Source: Camelus dromedarius
Lineage: Eukaryota
NCBI RefSeq assembly: GCF_036321535.1
Contig: NC_087437.1
Coordinates: 65,846,001-65,910,000, forward strand
Reading direction: 5' to 3'
Length of the DNA: 64,000 nt
Part shown: piece after piece, positions 27,987 to 40,731 of the stretch
Layout: each line of letters opens with the position of its first letter
Position numbering within the stretch: the first letter of the stretch is position 1
Position numbers and translations under genes: made by a program
Notes under the pieces: generated by a model
The model's database searches: none
Seen by the model: the letters and a program-made list of their open reading frames with translations, nothing else
What the model was told of the DNA's origin: nothing

Positions 27987-29351
27987 AAAGCATATGCTGT
28001 GTATTATATTTGACATACATTTGACAGAGAAGCACCATAGTAGAGACAGACAGCCAATTTCTAAGTGGACCCTGTGCTGGTTAGTCTCTGTGTTAGCCCC
28101 GACTCATCCATTCTCCCTTCTCTGCCATGATCTGTGCCCTGGGAGGTTGACCTACATGGACTGTACCCTCCGGACTCCCTAGCCAGCTAGCTTTTGGTTG
28201 GGTTCAACCAGTGGGAGGTACTCACAGGAAATTGGAGGTCAGGTGCAAAGACATGTTGGGGTTTTTTCCCCCGGTGCTTGCTCCTATTTGGGACTGCCTC
28301 CCTCTGTGATCTCAGTTCCTGTTGGGTAGCCCCAGTGGCATGCTGGAGTCAGTTTATACTGGTTTGCAAAAGCTGATGTAAGCCTCTTCCCTACTTTGTG
28401 TTCAGTGACATTGGTAGCTCAAAAATGATCGTGGTGAGAGTTTATACCCCAGAAGCCAGCAAACACTATAAATCAGAGCTTTTCATTTTTTTCTGGAATC
28501 AATTGTTGAGTATTTATTTGCACAGCACCGAGCAGCCCCCTTCTTCATGGTTCTAGCTCTTGCTGGAGTCCTGTATCAATATTTCTAACCCCTATCCCAC
28601 AGGCCTAAGAATGGCAATGCCTTCCCTCTATTGCTAGGCTCAGATACCTCACCATCTCTAGTCAGTTCACTTAACCTTAATCATGTCTCTGTGAGTAGTC
28701 CCTTTGGTAAAGTCTTTGGAACATTCTGCACTGGATTCTGTTTCCAGAATAGTCCCATAGCTACAGCAGGAATTGCCTTCCTAAAACATAACATTTATCC
28801 TCTCCTACCCCAGGGCAGGTCCAAGAAGAATCACCTTAGGATTGCTCTGAAATTTCAAGTCCTTTGGGCTGGAACCCTTACAGACTTTCTCCCTTCCTGC
28901 ACTTACCAACCTAGGCACTGACTCTACCAGAAGACCCTCTGGGCAGCAGTTACCTGGAGAGCAGTCATAGCAAGTGCCCGCCCTCAGCACCAGGAAACCC
29001 AGACGGTGGCCCAGATTGTCACAGAACTGCTGGCATCCACAGATTCTAACAATTGTGTTAAAATTGTTGAAAAGCATGTGCTGTGCTTCTGCTGCACATG
29101 TGATCAGAGGCAGCTGCAGCTTATGAACTGGAAAAATCGGGTTAGTGGCTTAGCGAGGACAGTTTGAGAGTATGTGAAGAAACCACAAGATGATTCAGGG
29201 TTATACTTCTCCCAGACGATGGTATTACTAAATTATGAGAACAAAATCAAATCAAAAAACAAACAGAAATGCCAAGTGCAAACCAAGGAATCAAGGCTGC
29301 AAAAGCATTCGGTTCTAAAATCACCTTTCCTGCTTTTTTTTTTCCGATCAG

Positions 29352-29456
29352 GGTATCTCCCCATTCAATGTTGTGGCCTGGCATGGGAATTATACCCCCT
29401 ACAAGTACAACTTGGAGAACTTCATGGTCATCAACTCGGTGGCCTTTGACCATGCA
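29352..29456 (+). CDS. HGD: HGD exon 11 ([35 protein letters not shown])
   Basis: tcAG/GTaagt boundaries; 105 nt; VVAWHGNY and FDH motifs. Confidence 0.96.
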
Positions 29457-31150
29457 GTAAGTCTCCACCATGGAGGGGCTCTGGGGAGAGGGCACTCTTA
29501 GGTGGGAGGAGTCCACAGTAGACCCCTGACATTCACAGATTTAACACTTCCAGTGTCACCCTTGGAAGCAGGCGATTTAGTCATTGTCATTGTGCTAACA
29601 GGAATTGGAGGCATTTTCAGCAGATTTCAGTGAAGGAGTAAATAACCTAGCTAGTGGGAGGTCCAGGCCAGACGCTCCACACTCACCCTGCAACACAGCT
29701 CAGTTCTCTAGAGTATTCACAGTAACTCTCCTAGTTTCTTCCTGGACAATGTATCCCCAAAAGAACACCAACTGCTAATGTTAGTGATGGAGAGATGAGG
29801 AAGGAGCATTTTTGGATTTGGAAAGTTCTCTGTCCTGCTCATAAACACCAAGAGTCCCCTTGCTCTGGCTGCCCACTCCAGGGCCTCCACTCCTGGCTGT
29901 TTTTAGCAGTGATGGAGCAGACAGCCCTCTTCTAAAGTTACTCAATGTTCAGTGCTTGAATTTAAACCAAAGAAATTCTAGAGTATGGACTCGGTCATAT
30001 TTTTTACTCAATCAGGGGGCTACAAATAGCTTACAGTGCAGGCCCCAAGTCCCCACATTCTTGATCAAGTGCTAGTTCTGAGATCCTGGGGGAAAATTCA
30101 CTTTGCATAATAGATTAACTGAATCCACAAGCTGGAGAGATAATTAGAGCAGAAGCCAGAGAACCAGAGACAGAAACCTGAGCCAGTTCAGCTTACCTCA
30201 AGGGGCCCAAAACTACCTTTCTGAAGAGCAGAGACTCAGTAAAATCAAAAGGGAAAAGAAACTGAGGCATCACACCCGAAGCAGCAAAAGAAAGGATCCT
30301 GAGACACTGATAGAGCTTTATTTGAGCCTCACTACCTTTCCCTCAACAGTTTCAGATCATTTCTCATGACAGATGGAGAAGTGCTCATTCTCACAGCATT
30401 AAGGGTTTTTTGACTTGCGTTTCCACAAGTCCATTCTCCTCTGTACTGCTGCTATAGCTGTTTTCTCCAGATTCAGACCTGAGCGTTCTATCACTGCATT
30501 AGAAAACCTTTGCAGGCTCCCTGTGGCTTAGGATTAAGTCTGAGCTCTGAAGCGTGGTACCCGATGCTCTTCGCCATCTGGCCCTGGATTCATTTCCCGG
30601 TACCACCTCTTGCCTGTGTCCCTTCTGCTGGTGCACTCTGGGCTTTAGCTCTCTTGCCTCTTGACAAAACCTCTCTGCATTTTGATGTCTTTCCTGTTTT
30701 CTGTGCTTAAAATGCCTTTTTCTTCATTTCCTTTCCTTCCTTTTCCTTCTTCCTTCCCTCTGTCCCTCATTACTTCTTTTTCTTTCTTTCTCCTTTTATT
30801 CTTCAGGACCTACTTCAAATGTCATTTCCTCTTTGAAGCTTTCTCTAATCCTCTCAGGTAGAGACAGGCACTCTGTACCCCCTTGGATCTCTGTTTATAA
30901 AGCAAGATTGCCCTTGGCACCTTGCTGTGATTAGTATTCATGTACCTGTCTCATTGCTCCTTCAGCCCCTCATACACACCCACCTCCACCACTACCAGTA
31001 ACACTAAAGGGCAAGGAACAGAGCTCAATCATTTTTTAATCCCAGACCCTCGCATGCATCTGAAAGCAAACATGATCATTGATTGCCATTTAAATTAAAT
31101 CTCCATCTTTCCACTGAAGGATTCTAAACTTCTTTAAAAATTATAATTAT

Positions 31151-31330
31151 TCCACATGAGGGGATGGGTCCTATTCTGGAAGCAGTTTCTGCAGAGCAGT
31201 TGTTGCCTAGCTGAGAACTTACCAAATCTATTATTTTTATTTTATTAATATTATTATTACTTACAACTAACAATTATTGACCTTTTCTTATGGCTCTAAG
31301 TTCTTGAAAAGCATTAACCCATTGAATCCT
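31151..31330 (+). repeat. 180-bp direct repeat, copy 1 (HGD intron 11)
   Basis: Identical to 32470-32649 except T31238 vs A32557. Confidence 0.97.
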
Positions 31331-31886
31331 ACTCCCCTCTCCACTACCTCCACCTGGACTAGTGACGTAAGTGGTGTGTTTTAAACCTGAGAATCAAGAA
31401 AGCAATGAGGATACCACCTGGAATCTGTGCAATTCCCCCAAAGAGAAGCACATCCTACATCTATACCAACACTTGGATATTATTTTATTTCTATTTCCAC
31501 CTTACTCTGAGCATCCCTGTGCCAAGAGCTCCCTACAGCACAGCCCAGCTCTGGTCACTCTGACCTGAGGCTGGGAGGCAGGCACTGCTGGTTCTCAGAC
31601 CCACAGGGTAGTATTTATGTGAAATGGGGGCTCAGCAGGGTGAAAAAGCTGCTCAGAATCCCCTCGGCTGGTGTTAATTCATTTTGCTTCAAGAACAGCC
31701 AGAGGGGAGAGTCAGATGTGTGATCATGCACCTCGGTGACAAGCCCAGACGTCTTAGCTTGGCCTGTGTGGTTTGATCAGAAATTAGTGTCACACGAAAA
31801 CCCCTTCATGTGTGGGTGGTGTGTGTCGTTGTTCGGTCACCTCCCTTTCATCGTGTCTTCGACTCTCCTTGTGCTTTCCTTCACAG

Positions 31887-32013
31887 GACCCATCCATTTT
31901 CACAGTGCTGACTGCCAAGTCTGTCCGCCCGGGAGTGGCCATCGCTGATTTTGTCATCTTCCCACCACGATGGGGGGTTGCTGATAAGACCTTCAGGCCT
32001 CCTTATTACCATA
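31887..32013 (+). CDS. HGD: HGD exon 12 ([43 protein letters not shown]), includes Fe ligand His335 (human numbering)
   Basis: acAG/GTaagt boundaries; 127 nt; in ORF 31812..32222. Confidence 0.97.
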
Positions 32014-32469
32014 GTAAGTCTTTCTTTTACCAAGTTCCATTTGGAAACCAAAGGGTCAGCAAAGTGGTAAGCATGACCCATGGGGAACACTGCCAGAAGT
32101 GTTTCGGGACGCCCTGCCCTGGCTGTGGTTCAGAACCCTGCCCCCTGAAGCCTAGTGCTGCTCCCCAGACTTTGAGCTGCTTAAACACCACAACCTCTGT
32201 GGGGGTGGCAGGGGCATGTTGACTCTGAGAAGGAAACACTGCAGTGCCTACAGCCCAGTTCCTCTGGCCCTGAAGAGAGGCAGAAAAGTGGGTAAAGCAG
32301 GAAGCAAAATGTTTCTTTGCATTTCAGATGTAAGGAGGGGAGGAACCATGGGATGGTGTTGGTTATTTTGTTGTTTTGAGAAAGTTCATTATCTAAGTCT
32401 GGTTCAAGAGCCAGTAAAATGTGCCTCCTCCCATTACTTTGGGTAAAAGTGGGGTAAGGCGGACTGTAG

Positions 32470-32649
32470 TCCACATGAGGGGATGGGTCCTATTCTGGAA
32501 GCAGTTTCTGCAGAGCAGTTGTTGCCTAGCTGAGAACTTACCAAATCTATTATTTTAATTTTATTAATATTATTATTACTTACAACTAACAATTATTGAC
32601 CTTTTCTTATGGCTCTAAGTTCTTGAAAAGCATTAACCCATTGAATCCT
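32470..32649 (+). repeat. 180-bp direct repeat, copy 2 (HGD intron 12); continues into a MIR
   Basis: Direct read-by-read comparison; MIR sequence continues past 32649 only in this copy. Confidence 0.97.
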
Positions 32650-33528
32650 CGTAACAGTTGCAAGAGATAGGTAGTATCATTATCCCCTTTTTTCCAAAAG
32701 ATGAAACAGCTGGGAAGGATTAAATAACTTGCTCAAGGCAACCGATGGAGTCAGGTTTAACTGAAGGCATTCTGATGCCGGAGCAGGCAGTTATGAACAC
32801 TAATGGATGTGCCTAGCACAGTACCCAGTGCATTATATGCATCTAATAAATATTCATTTAATAAGTGAATGCATCATCAAGAGTGAATAAGGTACCTCAT
32901 GGCTGTACTTAATGAGGCTGGCCTTTTTAATTGTGCAGTAGCTGGCTGTAAATCCAACCTAAATGTCAATGCACAATTCTACTTGCTGGAGACTGCGTTT
33001 TTGTACATAGAGTTCTGGAACGGCTCCAAGGTGTATTTCAGCTGGAACATTCTAAAAAACAAACCCCTTTCTTTAGTCAACCTCAGCACCCCCTGTCTCT
33101 TATGACACACCTCGCTATGTGTACCCAGGTGTGAGGGCCTAACAGGATACAACAGTGACTAAATGAATAAACTAGGCATCTGGAGCAAGTGGAGAACAAA
33201 GGCCCTCAGAATGAAAGGTCACTTCATAGTCAAATTCCAGCATCACTTTTTTCAGGTGAAACCATTATGGTGGAGAAAAGGACGCAATTGGGTAACACTC
33301 CAAAGATATCAGATACTTTGTGAATAGAGATGTAATAAACTGTGTCCTTTCTGAAGTGTGTCAAACCCATCACATGTCCTAACTGTTCTCCTGGAAGTTA
33401 GTCCCCTAGAGGACTTGTGATCAAAGCGAGAGAATTGCTCTGGCTTACAGCCTGTACCTCACATGCAAGTCCTTGATACTTCACTATCTCACATAGTTCT
33501 TATATTGAGGGTGCTCTATGTGCCTGAG

Positions 33529-33715
33529 GTAGTGGTTTTCAAATTTTAGCGTGTGTCAGTGCCACCTAGAGGGCTTGTTAAAACTCAGATTCCTGGGCCC
33601 CACCCTCAGAATTTCTGCTTCGGGAGGTCCAGGGTAGGGCCTGAGAATTTGCATTTGTAATAATTTCCTGTGTGATACTGATGCAACTATTTCAGGACCC
33701 ACACTTTGAGAGCAT
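33529..33715. mobile_element. MER5A (hAT-Charlie)
   Basis: agtggttttcaaa...agggcttgttaaaactcagattcctgggccccaccctcaga...gaccc acactttgag. Confidence 0.8.
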
Positions 33716-35601
33716 TAAGGAATATAAAAATCACTTAGAATGTCTTTTTTAATAAAAAGTTTCTCTCCAGAGTCCACTCTCAGAGAGTTTAATTAGTTGG
33801 TGTTGAGGTGGAACCTCAGATCTGCATTCTGAACTAGCAAGTCAAGGGATTCTGATGCAGGTCTACAAACACATGTTGAAAAACGCTGGCCTGGGGCTTG
33901 TCTCCCCACCCAGGTTTGCTACTGTGCTCTAGCTCTCAACCCACTCCTCAATTTTAGTTTGTAGTTCAAACTGCCTAAAACAAATGGCCTCATGATATGC
34001 TTCTTATAATTTTTCAAAAGACTCAAATAAGTTTGACCAGAAGATGTAGATCTCAGAAAAGTATGGTTGCCCTGAGTTAGTTGGAAAAACCACAGAACCC
34101 CAAGTTAGAAATTATTTTTACCAGAGATATTAAAAATAATGCTTTAGCAATAATCAAAACCTTTGCTACTTTGATGTGACTTTATAGGAGTGGAGACTTA
34201 TTTCTGTAGAAATATTGCCTCCAGTCATCTTAATGCACCTTAGTCAGCTGGATTCAGCATTAATCAAAAAGGCAACATCTACCCTCCCACTCTCCTTTGA
34301 AATATAGAAAATGATGTAGAAATGTCATCATCAACTCATTGCTACCTAAATTCATATTCAGATCAAAGCTGAATTCTCTCTTGCTCTCTTCTTAAAATTA
34401 AGCCATGAAGGTGACCCTGAGAATACATACTAGAATCAAGGAGTGTGACAGCATATTTGTCAGGAGCAGAACTGCTTTTAAATAAAGATACTTTATGCTT
34501 ACAGTTGCTTCTTTTCCTCTATTTCTGCTTCATGGAGAAACAAGCAGAGTTGTGATCTGGGTCTTACCTTTTCAGCAGGGGCCTGCAGCTGCGTTTTGTT
34601 TTCTGGGCAGGGTGGGTATGGCTCCTTAGCCCTTTACACAAGTATTTTGGCACTTGGCTGTACTTTACCTGTAAGCAAGAGAGGAGGGGCATTTATCATG
34701 TCTAACGTTTGGCTTTGCAAGGGTTGCCAATGCCACATCTCTCTACCCTGTCCACAGTTTGTACTCTCACGAGACAGACTACAAGTAACTTTGCAGAGGC
34801 TACTTCATACTCATCTCCATAACAGTACTTAGCACAGTGTCCAATTATATGCTGGCTGGCTGGCTGGATAGGCAGATGGATAGGGTGGGGAACGGACAGA
34901 TGAATGGATGGATGGATATATGAGCAGATGGATGGAAAAGCACTTAAGTTTGCTCAGGTGTTATAATTTAATGCTTGCTCTAAATAAAGGGCTTTGTTCC
35001 TATAGAAACTTAAGATTGAAAGAGTGGGAACATGTGATTTTTGTCAAATTTTGTTGACTCCAGAAAGCACAACTAGGACAAACATACTTAACTTATATAA
35101 AAGCAAATTTCCATTTAACATGAGAGAATTTTCTAATACCCAGAGCTCTTCAGTAATATGATAGGTGGCTCTGTTGAGTAAGGGGCTTCCGTTCACAGGA
35201 AGCATGCAGACAGAGCCCAGGAGGTAAACTGTCAGGAATGATATACAAAATGCTTCCGTATTGAGGAGAAGTAGGGATGCCTTCCAATTTTAAGATTTTC
35301 AGGTTCTAAGAAGAGAATGTCAATGAAAATACAAACAAACAAAAAAAAAATCTAAGAAGCATTTTGGAGAATGAAAGAATCAGGTGATATTAGCTTCAGA
35401 TATAGAAAATAACATTTGTTAGAATATGTAGCATTTATGGATTAGTTTTTACAGAGAATAAGATTTTTTCATACAGATTATTACATGATAATGGACACCA
35501 AGCCCAGGGTTCTTTCCCTTAAATCACCTTTCCATCAACACACACACACATACATACACACACCTCAGTTTTCTAGGCAGTAGAACTTAAGATTTCTGAT
35601 A

Positions 35602-35867
35602 GACTCACAGACATAGAAAACAAATTTATGGTTGCCAGGGGGAATCGGGGTAGGAAGGGATAAATTACGAGTTTGAGATTTGCAAATATTAACTACTATA
35701 TATAAAATAGACTAAAAAATAAACTTCTACTATATAGCACAGGGAACTATATTCCATATCTTGTAGTAACTTGTTATGAAAATAAATATATGTGTGTGTA
35801 TGTATGATTGAAACATTATGCTGTACACCAGAAATTGACACAATGTAACTATACTTCAATTTTAAAA
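35602..35867 (+). mobile_element. L1 3'UTR fragment with 13-bp TSD
   Basis: Similar to the 3' end of the 7987-8896 L1; TSD AAGATYTCTGATA at 35589-35601 and 35868-35880. Confidence 0.9.
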
Positions 35868-36105
35868 AAGATCTCTGATAATGATAATCCAATGGTCATG
35901 GAGTAGAGCTTTGCCTACCAAGAATTCCACACTAAAGAATGTTTTGTGGATGTTTTTCTGTCTATCCATATTCTTCATTAATTGTATAACATTTATCAGA
36001 TTCTCCTATCTTCCTGACATTCTGGAGAAATAATATTTGAGAGGTCTTGGTGTCTTATGAGCCTTGCCTTGGATAACAAAAATAATACTGTTTCAACCTT
36101 CCCAG

Positions 36106-36287
36106 GGAACTGCATGAGTGAATTCATGGGACTCATCAAAGGTCACTATGAGGCAAAGGAAGGTGGGTTTCTGCCAGGGGGAGGCAGCCTGCACAGCCCA
36201 ATGACCCCCCATGGACCTGATGCTGACTGCTTTGAGAAGGCCAGCAGAGCCAAGCTGGCACCTGAGAGGGTTGCGGATGGCACCATG
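36106..36287 (+). CDS. HGD: HGD exon 13 ([60 protein letters not shown]), Fe ligands Glu341 and His371
   Basis: ccAG/GTaagc boundaries; 182 nt; in ORF 36057..36428. Confidence 0.97.
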
Positions 36288-38850
36288 GTAAGCAAGTTAG
36301 ATGTGAGGCTCTGGTGGCCTCTGGGATCCCCAAACTTGTTGAAAGGAGTGGCAGTTTTTATTTCTCCAAAGTCACAGAGGAGGAGTCAGGAGAGGAGTGT
36401 GTCTGTGTGTATGTTCCCATGTGTGTAGGCACACACCCCAATGTGTACACTAGAGTAAACAGGGCTTTGCACTTAGAGTCAGACGTGAGTTCAAATTCTA
36501 GCTTTTAGTTCCTCTGTGACCTTGAACAAGTCACTTAACTTCTCTGCGCTTGATTTTCTCCATCTGTAGAATAGGTAGGGTATCCAACCCAGCAGGTGGC
36601 TGTGATTTAACCGTGCAGACTATCAAGCATTCTTCCAATGTAAGGGGGACTATTATTAATACTATATGAGGAGTCTTCCTTTATCTGTATGCAGCCATCT
36701 GTATATAGGTTGTGTCTTGGAGTCATCTGCTTTTTGAAGTAATCCTCTAAAACCACAGTAGCAGGGGATGAAGAATGTCACCTTTACTAGTTTCTCAAGC
36801 CCAGGAGGGTCAGGAAGTCTTTGCGTTGCTATAGTCAGAGCCTGTGAGTAGCAGTTCTCCGCTGTTTTCTCATTTTGTTTTGCTCTCCTTTGGCATGGGA
36901 TGAAATTGATGGGATTTAAAACCTGTTTTGTATTCCTCCGGTGTCACTGTAAACACTGAGGCTGAACACAATTGCAGTTGGCTGTGGTACTTGACTTCAT
37001 TTTATTTTTGCATTCTTGGACGTAGAGTTTATGAACCACAAAGAGTAATTTTATGTTAAATCATATGCAAATTTGCTTTACATTTTTAAACAAATGCTTT
37101 CAATGCTACCTGACTTTAAAATCAATAGCACAGACCTGCCTGACTCCATGCCCAGCTTGCAAACTACGGAAGGAGAGAACTTAATTGTCCCTCTGCCCAA
37201 TGCAGTTTCCCTTCAGTTTCAGCTCGAGGACCAGAGTTGACAGAGCTGATCTGCAGGGGGGAGGGTTCAGCGAGTCCTGTCTGCTGGACCTCGGCTCTAT
37301 CTCTTTGCAAGGACCTCTGCAGAGTTTCTGTAGAACCCTTCATCTCTGTGACAGAGCTCTATAAGATACTGACAATCTTAAACTTTTACCTCTGAAAGTT
37401 CCTGGAGGTACACAGGCTACCCCTTAGCTACCACTTAGTAACCTTTGGTGCCCAAATTGGCTTTGGATAGTGTTATCAGGGAGCAGTGCTCTGCAACAGG
37501 GAGGCACAGGGCACGGCTGATTTTATGAGGGGCAAGACTTTGGGAAATGTCTAGGGCTTGGAGCACTAGTGAGAAGGATCTCTCCTATGTAGGGGAGCCC
37601 AGACTACCTGGTAAGGGATGGTCCAACACCTTACCCAGGCCTAACTTCAGGCCTTCCTCACCAATTCCCATCACATAATTTGGATCTGGACTCATCCATA
37701 CCCCTTATCTTTATACTACTTTGGAAAAGATTAACTTTACAATACTGTCTTCATAGCTCAGCTGGGATGGGCTTTTGTTACTCCAGTCAGACAGCAAGGC
37801 TCCTAAGAAGCAGTCAGTGAAGAGACAACAATAATTATGGCCATAATAATGACCTTTGTATGTGAATAGTGCTTTATAACGTGCACAGCACCTCCATATG
37901 ATCTCATCTGGTCCTCACATCAAGCCTGTCATGGGAAGTCAGGCAGGGACAATCATCTCCATTGTTTTAGGTAAAAAGAAGTTAATGTATATTAGATACC
38001 AAACATTAATGTGGGTTCTCTGGGTTGTCAAGAGAATTTTTATCTTCCTTTCATCCATCTATTTTTTAAAATTTCCAACAATGTGAGCATATAAGAATTG
38101 TAGGCTATTTTTTTTAAGCCACAGAGGGTAGGAAAATTAGCAGGTGAAGCTAGAGTGTCTAGGATGCACAGAGCCCTTGCATGTTCTTTCTGTTGCAGAC
38201 AAAACCCACCTGAACACAGTGGGACACCTGCCATCCATACCCTTCTGGGATAGGGCTTTTAAAAGTACTACAGCTTTTCCAGCTCCCTCCTTCCCTCCTC
38301 CTCCTCCTTCACTCTCCTCCAGCCCTCCTTTCTCTTCTCCCAGCCCATTTCTTGGTTAGAGTCCTGAAAAAGGAAAGTTCAAATCCCAGCTCTGTGACTT
38401 CTCACTACTGTCACCTTAAACAGTCATTTCCCAGCTCTGAACTTGAGTTTCCTCTTCTGCAAAATGGGAGATGTGTTCACCCTCACAAGGACATAACCAC
38501 AGCGATAGCCCCTGAAAAGAATATTCCTAGGACTCTCCCACCTCTGCCCTTGGATCCAGCAAATTTAGTTCCATGATGCTACAGGGACAACACAATGCTT
38601 ACATGCCAGATTCTATTTTATAGAATGAATCGTGGGGCTCAGAGAAGTTAAGGGTCTTGCACAAGCTATCACCCACTTACAAGTAGTAAGACCAAAGCCA
38701 GAACCCAAGGCTGGAGTTTTCTCACCATGCTAGCACACATGATTTGTTATTCAAAGATTCTACCTACCCATGTCTTCTCTCTTGACATCTAATCAAATGT
38801 GTTTTATTATCCATCTCACTTCTTTCTTGTCCCATCCTCATTTCCTATAG

Positions 38851-39000
38851 GCATTTATGTTTGAGTCTTCTCTAAGTATGGCTGTCACCAAGTGGGGGCT
38901 GAAGACCTCTAACTGTTTGGATGAGAACTACTACACGTGCTGGGAACCTCTCAAGAGCCACTTCACCCCAGACTCCAGGAACCCTGCAGGACCTGACTGA
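38851..39000 (+). CDS. HGD: HGD exon 14 coding part ([49 protein letters not shown])
   Basis: atAG acceptor; 150 nt ending in TGA; exons 2-14 total 1323 nt = 440 codons + stop. Confidence 0.97.
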   Translation, partial: AFMFESSLSMAVTKWGLKTSNCLDENYYTCWEPLKSHFTPDSRNPAGPD

Positions 39001-39182
39001 GACTGGAGCACTGATACCATTATTGAAAATAGATTTGTGTGATTTCCTTTAAAAATCTCACGCACACCCTGAGGCAGTATTGGGGGAGGGGGTTGGTTAA
39101 AATGAGGACTCACTTTTTCAAAGTCAAATGAATCAAACATTTATAGAAATGTATTTGGAAGTTTCTACCAGCTTAATAACTC

Positions 39183-39188
39183 AATAAA
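39183..39188 (+). terminator. HGD: Probable HGD polyadenylation signal (AATAAA)
   Basis: AATAAA ~180 nt after the stop, followed by GU-rich ttgctggttgttgtg. Confidence 0.8.
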
Positions 39189-39485
39189 TACTTGCTGGTT
39201 GTTGTGAAAGTGGCAATTGGTTATAATCAGGTCTTGACAAGGCTGATGGGGGGTGGCCAGGAAAGGGCATCCGTGAGCCTGGACCAGGTGGTTAGGTTCT
39301 CCTGCAGTGAGAGGACAGGCAAATCAGCACAGAAAGGAATAGGAAGTGGTATCTGTCACTACTTTAGTTCTGTAGTTTTAGCACATTTCCCCCATTTGTT
39401 GCCATGGCAGCAATTTTGATATGCTGCTAACAAATTTTTATCTAATAATCTGTAATAAGAGTCAGCTATATTAAGGTCTAGGCAC

Positions 39486-39670
39486 TAAGGTTGCCATTTA
39501 AAATACAAGATGCCCAGTTACATGTGAATTTCAGATAAATCATGAATAATTTTTAGTATGTTCTGTGCAATATTTGGACATACTTATACTAAAAAATTAC
39601 TTGTGGTTTATCTGAAATTCAAATTTAACTGAAAAGCCTGTATTCTTATTTGCTAAATCTGGCACTCCTA
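39486..39670. mobile_element. MER53 palindromic MITE (hAT), inserted in an L2 remnant
   Basis: Termini taaggttgcca and tggcactccta; internal inverted arms gaatttcagataaa and tttatctgaaattc. Confidence 0.85.
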
Positions 39671-40344
39671 TGGGCATATGGTGGTCAAGGAGATAGACAT
39701 GGTCCTTGTTCTTACAGAACTTACATTCTAAACAGGGAGACAGATAAAATACACAAACAAAATAATTACAAATTGTAAAATATGCAAAAAACAAATAGGA
39801 ACTGAGATTGGAATGACAGGTGGGATGGAGAGATTGTTCTTTAGAGAGGAAGGTCTTCAATGACCTTCCAAGTGACATTTAGCCAGACCTAAAGCACAGG
39901 AAGGAGCCAGTCATTGGAAGCCGGGGTGGGGTAGGGAAAAGGAACATTCTAAGAAAAAGGCTTGAGGGTTTAAGGAACTGAAAGAGGAGTGGATATGAGG
40001 AACCCAGCAGCAGGCCATTGCAATAGTCCTGGACTAATGAGGTGATAGCAGGGACAGAGTGGACAAATCCCTGAAAGCTTTGGAGTAGACCTGAAAGAAT
40101 TTGTTAGTGGACTGGATGTAAGGGGTGCAGGAAACCAGAGTTGAGGGCAAGCCTGGGACAGCTGCTGGGTTTCTGGCAGTGGCATTTCATGGTCCCAAGC
40201 AATAAAGTGAAGTTATCTTTGAGGGTGACAGAGGCTGGTGTGCCTTCCCAATGCTCCCTAACATAAAGAAGTCTTTATTGAAAATTAAACACAGTTAACT
40301 AGTAAAGTAGTTAATACCTTTAAATAAATTTTAAAATTGACCAC

Positions 40345-40731
40345 TATAGCAGAAGTTGCCAGTGGCTCACCTACATCACATCAGCAGTCACCATCCAGAG
40401 TTGACCAGCCGCTTCCAAATGCCAGCATCACACTGGCAACAATGCCTGAGGCCCAGATCAGAACAAAACTGCTGAAGATTGAATGGCCCTGGACATAGCC
40501 CTCAGCCAATGACAAATGGAAATTAGTGGATAAATACACCAGCTCTTTTGCCCCAAACCTCTGAGGCTCATGTTTGGCCCAGGTTCCCTGCAACTTCCAG
40601 AGGGAGTAAGCTCCACTGCCCATGGTGGCAACTTCTGATGATGCATCCAGTAGTAGCTTCTTCCTTCTCACCTCTCCACTCCCCTATGGTGCATCCTAGG
40701 CTCTTCTCCCAAATAGCCCCAAACTAAGGCA
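40345..40731 (+). mobile_element. ERVL LTR16-type solo LTR
   Basis: Ends in ccccaaactaaggca; contains agccaatgac...ggataaatacaccagctc; near-TSD accac/actac (40340-40344, 40732-40736). Confidence 0.7.

Noticed and set aside
33559..33574. CTCF-like GTGCCACCTAGAGGGC
   Set aside because: A single imperfect motif inside a MER5A copy, unsupported without binding data
35305..35359. TCTAAGAAG repeated around an A-rich 37-mer as a third minimal retro-insertion
   Set aside because: Only 9 bp, the target does not fit the L1 endonuclease consensus, and the insert is unrecognised; chance cannot be excluded
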